A stretch of DNA of 64,000 nt. Origin: Pecten maximus (lineage: Eukaryota). The stretch covers positions 27,156,001-27,220,000 of the forward strand of contig NC_047020.1 of NCBI RefSeq assembly GCF_902652985.1, given 5' to 3'. Under the pieces are notes generated by a model. The model was not told where the DNA came from. It made no database searches and saw only the letters and a list, made by a program, of their open reading frames with translations. Positions 12,331 to 23,261 of the stretch are shown piece after piece. The translations under genes and the position numbers were made by a program. Each line of letters opens with the position of its first letter. Positions within the stretch are counted from its first letter, which is position 1.

Positions 12331-14848
12331 TACCCGGTAGCTCAAAATCTTTAAACAAGAACATAAGGAGGATACTGAAGGACTTACATCACATCTAACA
12401 GAGGGGACCTTGTCAAGCCTTGTCTTTAACATGTAACAACTTCCGGGGACATGTCATCAACCATGCATTAGTCAACAGATTTTAATTTGGTATACACCTT
12501 TAATTTTAAGATTTTTTTTTTCATTTTCTTACAGGTGAATATAAAATTTAGATAAAATATATATATTCTGTTTTGTTAGATATTCAAACATATACATTCC
12601 CATTGACAATACCAAAACAAAGTCTAAATCTTGTGCTACAAGGGTATTTGTATGTTGGTATATTTGAGGAATGATGGGAAAACAGCCATCACATTAACTA
12701 ATGTCTGTCAAACATTCACACGACCTATGGTACAGCCTGTTTAGTCTAGGTGCTTTACATGTTTTGGTCACAAACAATTTCATCAATAACGATTGTCATA
12801 TTAATGAGGTTGCACTCCATGCAGGGGAGGATCGTGGCATGCCCCACTTACCGAGCTAAAACAATCCAAAAATTTATACATAGCACTGGTACAATACCAC
12901 TGGGGAGAAAACAAAGGATTCGGTTGAAAATTTTTTAAACATAAATATTCATATTATAATTCAAATATCTGAATATAACAAATATGCAGTGTTTTCATTT
13001 GTTTACACAGCATACCTTGTCTATAACTATCTTAACACCATAACAAACAAGAAAAACTTTACCAGTATCTGTTTGTATATTGTGGGATTAGGTCAGATTT
13101 GATTGATAGAGTGTGTATGTGAATGATTCCCACCAATATAGCCCTAATAGGGGTGGTTTCCATGGAGATTTCAGATCCATTTCTGTATAGGTATGTCCTG
13201 TATGGACCACAAAATAGCTGAGAGTATTACAAGTTTCCTAGCAAAAGGAGCCTAGATAACAGAGCATTATAAAACTCTGGGTTAAGCAAGCATCGGGAGA
13301 TCAAACATCAGAGAGTAGTAATCTATCAGCCTTATTGGGAATTCCTGGTGGCCTTGAGTTGATATAGGCATCCCTCCCCCTCCCAGGAATATCTGTCTCG
13401 TCAACACATATGTATCTGTTAGGCCATCCTCTGATGGGTAGTTCAATGGGCTGATCATTAGTCGCTGATTGGACCAAGTATCAGGCTTCCAACATTGGTG
13501 ACAAGATAGTGAGTGGAGTATTTGAACATCTATCAGCCTTGCCGACTAGATAAACCCCACACCATCACTACTTTATCACTGTTCACACTCTCACTGTGAT
13601 TTCACTAAACAACACAGCAGGCTCAACCCTAAGGTGACAAATCCCTTGTTGACTTGAGTGAAGCTTGTTAAGGGTACTCCAATACCGCCATTCAGTTCCC
13701 TCTAAAACACCCACAAAGTCAAAAAGCTATCGTCCCTGTGGGACAAGAATAAAGATATCCTATTCTAGGAAGACGAGTTGCTAAATTTTTTGTTTTACTA
13801 AATCGTTGAACATGCTGAGGAGAAAGTTTATAGTTCTAATAAGAAGATTTTATAAAAGTTTAGCCCCATCAATGAAGGTGTCATGTGACCATCAATGAAG
13901 TTCCTAGCATGTCATGTGACATCAAAGGTGCGTCACATGACCATCTGTTACAGCCATTACGAAAGCTTGGGGTGTAATAAGAATCATTTTTTACAGTACA
14001 AGAAAAGTTCAAATGTAGTAGAATTTGTGAAATGAAGTTATAAAGATAACTATCAGTTTAGACGAATGTATAAGTTATGTACAGGTGAGTTGTGCCTGTC
14101 TAACTGTACCATGCAGTCTGTCATTAGTCCATGTGTAACAACAGCTGTTGGTTTACGTCCCATGACGGCATCAGATCTTAACAATATTGGTACAAATATC
14201 TAGTTCTGAAACAATTATCCTTCAACGATAGCACTCTTTTGATGTAAAAGATCAATTCCGAATGTTGATACATTATTTTTAAGTGGTTTGCATAATAACT
14301 GGTGACTTTTGTGTTGAGGGTTTAAACCCTGACTATTCCTCTACACCAATAAAAAATACATTTATTTAAGGCTATCTAGAGTATATACTGGTCGTTGACT
14401 ATGAACCGTGACTAGCATAATAAATATGATGATGACAAGGAATAGTGTAAATGAAAAGTATAATGGAAATACAGATGATTTTGGTGATGAGGTGGATTGT
14501 TAAAAAACATGAGAGATGTAACAATACGTTGAACACGGAGACAAGTTTTCAATGACTACCACACACACATACTCTGGATTGCTGGTGATGAGTCGTGGGT
14601 ACATGAAGTGATGCTGAGATGTGAAGATTACTTCCCAGTACAAAGTGGTGAGAGCTATAGATACAGTGGTTGAGGTGTGGCATTGACAGGGGTGGAGAGG
14701 CTATCATTAAAGGTATATCATGAGTTGGTGATATCCAAGGAGATATGATGGCGATAAGTATTTTCATGGTGATAATGATATGATGGTGATGATGGTGATG
14801 AGATGGTGATGAATGGTGATGTAAGGCGCTGTGACTGCCCGTGCTTAC

Positions 14849-14990
14849 CATTATCGGAGAAGGCGTGTCCGCGGTTACTGTGGACGTCCTCCTCACTACC
14901 ACCTCGTCCACTATCACTTGTGGCAGATTCTGCAGACATCTCACTTCCCGCATCCTCACCTTTCTTCAGCATATCCCGGATATGGTTAGC
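14849..14990 (-). CDS. Protocadherin coding exon 3 (CM1-like motif)
   Basis: Acceptor gtcgttacag|GCT, donor AATG|gtaagc. Reads ANHIRDMLKKGEDAGSEMSAESATSDSGRGGSEEDVHSNRGHAFSDN, phase 0/1. Confidence 0.9.
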
Positions 14991-16834
14991 CTGTAACGAC
15001 ACATTACGATCAGCACATTCACCTACATCACCAGTTATATAAAAATAATTTTGTTCCTTTGTGAAAAACAAAACAAACCACAACAGGATTCTCCTGTCAG
15101 CTAGTCAAAATTTAAGTTTTTAAAACTTTTTACATTGCCCTTTGTTTTATTTGTCATTTGAATTACCATCAACTTTTCTTAACCACTTCCTTTTACATTA
15201 CCCGTGGAGAATTTGACATTTATGACAATTTCTAGCAAAAAAATATATATCATGTTACACATTGATTTTGTCCACCTTACATCGCCATACTTATACACGT
15301 TTTGACATATCAATAAGTATATTTAAAATGTCAGAACTCCCAAATCAGTAGCAGACAAATTACATCTGTATAAAATTCAATAACAAAAGTCATCATTGTC
15401 AGACCTAAAGTCCTTGACCGATGACTTTTCCTTGACCATTGGCCCTGGACATATGTCGGTATCCAGAAAGCTAGCTGTGCGCCTACGGTAACAAATGGAA
15501 ACAGAGCTAAGTTATCTTAAACAAATTTTTAAATAAATCTCCAAATTGCCCCTCTTAATTTACAAATTAGGCTCATGATAGCCATGTTTGACCTCTTCAT
15601 GTGCCTCATCAATTCAAAATTCATATTTCCATCAATAGCCTACTGCTGTCCGAGGCACTTCAAACAAATTTCTACCCATTTAAATTTCACGCATGTTGCT
15701 TGAATTAGTGCCATCTAGTCTTGTTACTTTTACAAGTTCGTTCTTCCGTAAGAATTAACCACCAGCGGCTATTTCGACCCCTGCCGTCCCCTTCTCTGAC
15801 CCACAGTTCTACCTTCACCCGGGGAAAACATACCTTTTCACCTGTGTCAAATACAAATCGGTGAAATTTAGGGTTGGGCTGATGTGTTGTATTTAGTCAA
15901 AGAACTAAATGGGGGATGTTCCATTAGATCGAGAAATGATAAAATTGTTTAAATATGATGGAAAAAGAACACCTCCCTTCTGAGACAGAAGTGTTTGAGC
16001 GTGTACACCAAACGATGCTAATTTGAATCAGACATCAGCCAAAGAAAGAGCAAGCTCTATGATTATAGACCCCGTTAGGTAAAAATTCAGCTTGAATTGT
16101 AATGTTTGGGGATGATTCGTAGAAAAAACAGCCCCGAGTCAGATTTTCTCCGATGAATAGGGATTTAACACACTAGTTTCATTTGTTGATTCTCAGAGTC
16201 CATACATAAAAAGGAAATGGAAATATTCTAAAAGACCTTAATATTTCCGTATTATTCAATGTTTTTTAACTACAATTAAAGTTATTGTCCGATATTTTTA
16301 ACAACGACATACAAATGTACAGGTGTTACTGAGGGGGCGTGTCTGTACATCAAACCCAGTGTCCACAGTCCCCTGGAACAGTCGCTCAGGGACCCATTCT
16401 TTATACCCAATATAAACAACTACCTGGTATTGGTTAATATTCCTGTGAGGAAACAGTGCAGACAAATACCTCAGTATTTTATTAATGTTTCAGGATATTG
16501 TATCTTTCAAGAGAAATACCAGTGGGATTCTTTTTCAATTCGAACAATTCATACATATTTATTTTTACTTTTTTTCTACGATTGTATTGTTATTCATATT
16601 TCCTTGTATTGGTTTATATTCCTTCGAGAAACAGAAAACAAATATTAAAACAGGTTTTCAAAATACTGTATCTTTCAAAAGAAAAGGTATCTTTTAAAAT
16701 TTATTTATATATTTATATTTTTTAGTACAGTTTTATCTGAATTTTCTAAATTAAAAAATATTGAAAAAAATCTTTCCATCCCTTATCTACAGGGGATGGC
16801 GTTGACTTCTGTTCTACACAGTGGGATCTCTTAC

Positions 16835-17026
16835 CTCATCCTGTTTCAGCTGCTGCAGCCATATTGTCTCCGGACTAGGTGGATGAAGGTGGTTCGGACT
16901 GTAGTAACGAGTGATATCGTATTTTTTGTCGTAACTGTCATTACTGAGGTCATACTTTTTGTCGTAACTATCATCTGATGCTTGAAGATTACTCGCAGTC
17001 AGCAGTGAACTGGACGCTTGTGGTTT
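16835..17026 (-). CDS. Protocadherin coding exon 2 (cytoplasmic, 64 aa)
   Basis: Acceptor tgtgtttcag|AAA, donor GAG|gtaaga. 192 nt, phase 0/0, KPQASSS...WLQQLKQDE, compatible with both neighbouring exons. Confidence 0.85.
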
Positions 17027-19048
17027 CTGAAACACACAAATTAAACAAAATATTCAGCACTGTGTCTGACACAAAAAGTCACTGGACAATATGTTCAATG
17101 TCATATATACAATACATCTCATTTTAATTTTGTAGATCTTGAGTTCCTTCCCTCTCATGTACAGTAAAGTTGATATATTGCTTCTTGTTTCAACACTCAA
17201 AACCTTGATAAACTTCTCCCTCAGAGAAAAACCTCAGAATGATTGATAGATCCTGCTTATAGCTAAATTCTGACATGCTGGCATCTGTTTATTTGAATTA
17301 TCACTTAATTTAAAAGTACATATTTGAGAAGTAATCTAATTACTTTAGATATTTTTGAGCTGAAAGTATTCTGTGTTACGATAATTGGGTTAATTGCATT
17401 TTCTTTATATTGTTCTCGCTAGTACGAGTAGTGGGCGAACCAATTAACCAATTGCTAATCTATTTAAATTTGGTTGTGCAATAAAATTTGAATCAACAAA
17501 ATAAGCATGTTGACAGTATTTCAAGGTCCCCTTCTCTATTTCACCAAGAAACTGAACAATAGTGCCAGCATTATACAACAACATGGTTTTAGAGTGTGTG
17601 AAAGTTCTGATCTTTTAATATATGAAAAAGAAAAGCCTTTTTCTCATTCATGGTATCATAATATAATGTGCAATAAAACATTTAATTAAGAAATGAATGG
17701 CTTCTTATCTTTGACGATACTGTATCATAATTATACAGAACTGTTCAATTTTCAAAATTACTTAAATGTATTTTACAGTCGTGTAAACTGAGAATTCTAA
17801 TATCATTTAAGCTAACATCAATCTTCTTACAGATTTTTTTCATATATGAATGAAACTGGTGTAAATGGTTTGAGAAACACAATTCCATTTTGGTTAAAAT
17901 GTGGCTAAAAATGTTATGTCTTTTTTAAATGTGGGAAAAAGATACAAATACTTAAGGAAACCTTTTTTTCAGTCATTTAAATAACATTTTCATGAATATT
18001 TAAATGTTACCGAAATAGTGTGAACGGCTGCTTCACTGATGTCTGACCGGCCACTTCAGACATGGATACCCCATGCCTTTATTTACAGGTGATCACTTGG
18101 GCAAACGGAGGGCTGTGTAATGAAATATTTACAGGGCCCTCCAATAATTGGATAATCTATGTAGATTTATAGTGGACACCCTCATCAATAATGGAGTAGA
18201 TTTCTACATGGGCTTCAGTGCCATACTGTCCTGTAAGTTTATTTCAGATCAAACCACCAGACAAGTGCCACAAAGTCCAGCTGACATGGCACAGTAAAAC
18301 AACCTCACACTAGGATCCCGCCTTACGACTGTGTAAAACAAGTCCACTGTTCTATATCAAATTTGTTTCTATTTCAAGACTGACTTGGCTGTATTGTACT
18401 TTAACTAAAAAATTTAATACAACTTGCAAGTTAAACAACAAACTAATTTACCATGGATTTAAAAGAAAGAAATGCATAACAGACAAAATACGTTTCTACA
18501 GACTTTTCCATCCATCGTCTCATTGGGACAGGTTTCATGTTTGAAGTATCTTCCTGAACATGTTAGCCATTTTTTCCCAATACAAAAATACATCAACATT
18601 TTCGCAGCAACATATCCGTATAAAAATCTGACAAAAACAATTCCATACCAACATTTTAAATTGACAGGAACCAAGAAGGTATCGTTTCTTTGTATAAAAT
18701 TAAGAAGGATGGAGACCAGTTTGAGGATTTTTTTTACTGTTTCAGATTAAGCCTGCAGGCTGGAAAGGTACCTATACCAGAATCATGTCTATAGTTAGTT
18801 TGTTATATGTTTAACAGATTAAAACTTTGGAGCCATTCCAAGACATCTTACTAGATATGCTTTTATAATGACTGCCTTTCTTATTTAGAGACAAAATGTA
18901 GCACAAAACCACAAAACAAAAAAGCTTTAATTCTGCCCTGAATTTTTTTGCCAGTAACTTTAGTTTTTAAACTCAGTCCGGAGTAAAACCAACATATTCC
19001 TGATGACAGTCATACACTTCTATGGACCAAATTGTGCATGAAGTAACA

Positions 19049-19560
19049 TCAAATAAGCCCCCTTACCTATCTATAGTGTAAAAGTTGTTCCGTAATTATC
19101 CTCAAATAAGCCCCCTCACATATCTATAGTGAAAGTTTAGTTCCGTAATTATCCTCAAATAAGCCCCCTTATCTATCTATAGTGAAAGTTTAGTTCCGTA
19201 ATTATCCTCAAATAAGCCCCCTTATCTATCTATAGTGAAAGTTTAGTTCCGTAATTATCCTCAAATAAGCCCCCTCCCCTATCTATAGTGAAAGTTTAGT
19301 ACCATATTTATCCTCAAATAAGCCCCCTCCCCTATCTACAGTGTAACAGTTTATAACCATATTTATCCTCAAATAAGCCCCCTCCCCAGGTGTTAAAGTT
19401 TAGGGAGGGCTGAGTTGTGAATCACTTTTAGCTTACTGTTTTAAAATTGATAATTCTGCAAAAACTAAGGAGGGTTATTTGTGGGTAGGGGCTTATTTGT
19501 GGGTAGGGGCGTAGGGGCTTATTTGTGGGTAGGGGCTTATTTGTGGGTAGGGGCTTATTA
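19049..19560. mobile_element. Foldback/MITE-like element, copy 1 (intron 1)
   Basis: About 6.5 x 53-bp units containing tatcctcaaataagcccc, a unique core, then 18-bp tandem ggggcttatttgtgggta whose first 12 nt are the reverse complement of caaataagcccc. Confidence 0.65.
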
Positions 19561-20025
19561 AATGCAGTACTTCGGGACCTGTACATGTTGGGACCAACCC
19601 TTGATTTTTTTATGGGAGAACATGGCTATAACATACCTATATATCAATAATTGTCAATAACATGTCTATCATCTTTATAGCTTGACCAATGATGGGGTCA
19701 ATATTTTGCCAATGTCCATCTAAATCTGTACAATAAAGACTGTATGACTGTCCTCAGGTGTTTGTTTGTAGGAGGTGTTTCGATCCCCAACAGTTTACAA
19801 ATATTGGCCTATAGAATCTTAACATAGTTTAAGAAGAGTAGTGTAAACTTAATTACAATGATATGCAAATGTCTTCCTCTTTTTGTTCTTATGTCTACAA
19901 ATCTGACATCAAGTATGTTATCATATTGTTTTAAGGGTGATAATTGCTATGATTATAGGTAAATGTAATTTGATAATTAAATACATTCTATCCTGAATTT
20001 AATATAAAAATAAAAGTATACATAC

Positions 20026-22763
20026 CTCTATAGATTTACTTCCATCTAATGTTGGAGGATTTTTAAAAGTTGAAAATGTTGTTAAATTTGTCAATGTTGA
20101 AGTATTCATAGAGTCTGTTTCATCACTTAGAGAAAAACTCACTTCTTTTTTATTCTTCTTTTTTAGCGGATCATCAGAATTGTTCGAAGAATCAGTCGAC
20201 ATAGTCTCATGCATTTTAGCAGTAGCTGCTATTATTTTTTGTGCCTCGTTTTTTGCGTGATTATTGTTTTCTTGGCGACCTCCGTCAATTCTGCGTATGA
20301 TAATGATGGTGACCACAATAGCTATAGACAAGACGACAGTGACAACGACAATGATGACGACTATTATAATGTTCATTCCAGTGTCGTCGTTACCGACTAA
20401 CGGAAGCACAGTGTTGTTACTAACGGTGATAATCACGTTGAGATTAGTGTAAGATTTGAGCTCGTTGAGTCCACCATCTTTGACAGACAGTACGAGTCGG
20501 TATGAGTCTGCATCGTAGAGATGTAATTCGCGAGCTACAACCAGACTACCGCTATAAAGCCCCATACTAAATACATCTCCCGAGTTCGGTGGGTCAATGG
20601 TGTCAATATAGTAACGAAGACGTGAATTGTCACCATCGTCAATATCATAGGCCTCAACCTGACTGATTAGTGTTCCTGCGTTTACAGTGTATGGGAAATA
20701 TACAGTATTGTTGAAATTATTTGGATGAACGATAACTGGGATGTTGTCGTTGTCGTCAAGGACTTCCACAGTGACCTGGGCGGTGCTATACCGACGAGGT
20801 GTACCTTTGTCCGTTACCATCACAGTAAAATTATACATTTTCTGTAATTCACGGTCTAGTTTTGTGTAGCCTGTGATAATTCCTGTATCCTTGTTTAGCC
20901 GGAAATCAGCTGGAATTGGTGGCACAAAATCGAAACTAAACTGACTGTTGACGCCAGCGTCTAGATCCTGGGCGGTCAAGGTGCCAACCTTGGGTCCACG
21001 GTCCTGGTTCTCCAGCACATGGAAGTGGAACATTGGACGTATAAACATGGGCGTGTTGTCATTGATATCGCTAAGTATGACCTCAACTACTGTTGAGGAG
21101 TTGAGCGGAGGGGTTCCTTGGTCCGTGGCTGTTACATGGAACCTGATGACTGGCCGTAACTCGCGATCTAGCGACACATCCGCCGATATTGTACCCATGG
21201 TAGGGTCTATGGAAAAGAAGGACAGACCGTCGGGTTCGAGAGAGTAGGACACACGTCCGTTGTTACCACTGTCTTTGTCCGTAGCAATCACTTCTTGAAC
21301 ATACGCGCCTGGGTCATTAGATTCCTGCATGGTCACCTGGTACTTTGGTTTGGTGAACTCCGGAGGATTGTCATTAATGTCCTGGACACGAATGAAGAAG
21401 CTGGTTGTGTTCTGTCGCTGAGGAACACCCTGGTCCTGACAATTTACAGTCACATTATGAAATTTTTCTGTCTCGTAATCCAGCTTGTTTTGAATGACAA
21501 TCTTGTACATATCAGTGTAGATCTCTTCCAATCGAAAACTATTGCCCATGACTTGACACCTGACTTTCCCATTAGCCTCACTGTCACGATCGGATACGGC
21601 CACATTAGCCACGTACTGACCAACATCAGCGGCCTCCGAGATGTCTGTACCAACTGGTGAGAGGTTGATGTTGATTTGTGGTGCATTGTCGTTGAGGTCC
21701 TGTATGTCGACTATGACAACAGCTGATGCCATTAATGGTGGCTGTCCTTGGTCCGATACAACGACAATGAACTGGTACTGAGTGTCCACCTCATAATCGA
21801 GGGGTGCAATCACAGAAATTTCCCCAGATGTAGAATTGATGGTGAACTTCTGCTGTACTTTTTGTGACACACGTGAGCTGAACGCATATGTAAGCTTGGC
21901 ATTGTTTCCAGCGTCGAAATCAGATGCAGAGAGAATTAAGATAGTCGAACCAACAGCCTTATTCTCCGGGATTGTGGTGCTGTAGTTGGCGCGCGAGAAA
22001 GCTGGACGATTATCATTTTCGTCTGTAATAGTGACATTGATTTTAACACTTCCTGTACGTACGGGAAACCCATGATCACTTGCTATCACTTTTAATTCAT
22101 AAAAGTCTCGTGTTTCTCGATCCAATTTAAACCGAACTTTTAATCCCAGATCTGAACCTCCTGCCAAATTTGGAGTTTGAATAAGACTGAACATTTCGTT
22201 AGATGGCTGAAGTTCGTAAGATTGTATGGAGTTATTCTGGCCTGTATCACGGTCAATGGCCCCAGAGGTCAATATGACATGACCCACATTGACGCCCTCG
22301 GAGACGGTCAAGGCCACTTCAGAGGCAGGGAATACTGGTGAGTTATCATTGACATCATCAACTCTGACCTCCACAGGGATGATCTGGTGAAGGTCGAGCT
22401 GGTTGGTACCCACGTATTGTTTGTACACTGCCACGTTAAATTTAGAACACATGCCACTTCATCAGGACAGAGAGTTTCTCTGTCCAATACTACTTTGGTC
22501 AACAAAGAGCTTGATGTCTCGTTAATTTGAAAATTTGAAGCATCCTCGTTACCTTGTGTAAGAATCTGAAATCTCATTCGGCTAAACTCTTGTTCCGATA
22601 CATTTCCATATAAAAGACTATCACGTGCCACATTTCCGACAAACGTTTCCTTGGATTGTTCTTCCCGTAGTTTGTACTTGAGTATGGACTCCTGGGCGTA
22701 CGTCATTTGAGAGTACAGATCCAGAGTTAGGAGAAGAAACAGTTGTCGTATTGGCGCTCCCAT
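20026..22763 (-). CDS. Protocadherin (7 EC, delta1-like) coding exon 1: signal peptide, EC1-EC7, TM, juxtamembrane; 1-nt frame break at ~22440
   Basis: ORF 22308..22799 gives signal peptide MGAPIRQLFLLLTL..., EC1 with LDRE and C-X5-C (CPDEVAC). ORF 19999..22452 continues with six DxNDNxP linkers, LDRE/LDYE and AxDxG motifs and TM IIIVVIIVVVTVVLSIAIVVTIIII. Donor GAG|gtatgt at 20026/20025 (phase 0). An alternative in-frame ATG lies at 22790. Confidence 0.95.
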
Positions 22764-23227
22764 GTTTATATAAAATCCGACGAAATTCATAAACAGCACT
22801 TCGAAAAGTTTACAAACACCACAAATACACAGTATTCCAGGAAAAAGGGTTATATAGTCCGATCTTGTTCAAAAATGTCTACATCTTCTATTTATATGTT
22901 CCTCTTCACAATGTGTTCCACATTCCAGAACCCTCCTGTAAGTAAAGAACATTGGGCGATTAGTAATAGCAAACAAGGTGAGAAATGTCGAGATTATTGA
23001 CATTATATATTAGCAAGTAAAATATGTCATGTTCATAAAACGAAATCCTCAGAACCATTAGGACCTATCAGCTACAGTTCCAATATTGACACAGGGAGAG
23101 TCTCACCTCACCACCAGTCAGCATGCCTTTCATGCACATTCTAACACTGCAAATGACAATACATTGTACTACAAAAAACTCACAGGTCCACACGCTTCAT
23201 TGAACACACTGTCACTCATGTCACACC

Positions 23228-23261
23228 TGATTGGTCACACTGTTCAGCACCCAACCAATCA
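23228..23261 (-). promoter_or_regulatory. Candidate proximal promoter: two inverted CCAAT boxes
   Basis: TGATTGGT (23228-23235) and ACCAATCA (23254-23261), about 470 bp upstream of the protocadherin ATG. No transcript evidence. Confidence 0.35.

Noticed and set aside
14549-14959. 136-aa His-rich ORF
   Set aside because: Alternative frame overlapping exon 3; the His run comes from a simple repeat.
19999-20025. Single-exon protocadherin ending VCILLFLY
   Set aside because: A strong GAG|gtatgt donor and three phase-compatible downstream exons explain it better as intron.
20209-21686. Short ORFs overlapping protocadherin exon 1
   Set aside because: Antisense or out-of-frame shadows of the real CDS.
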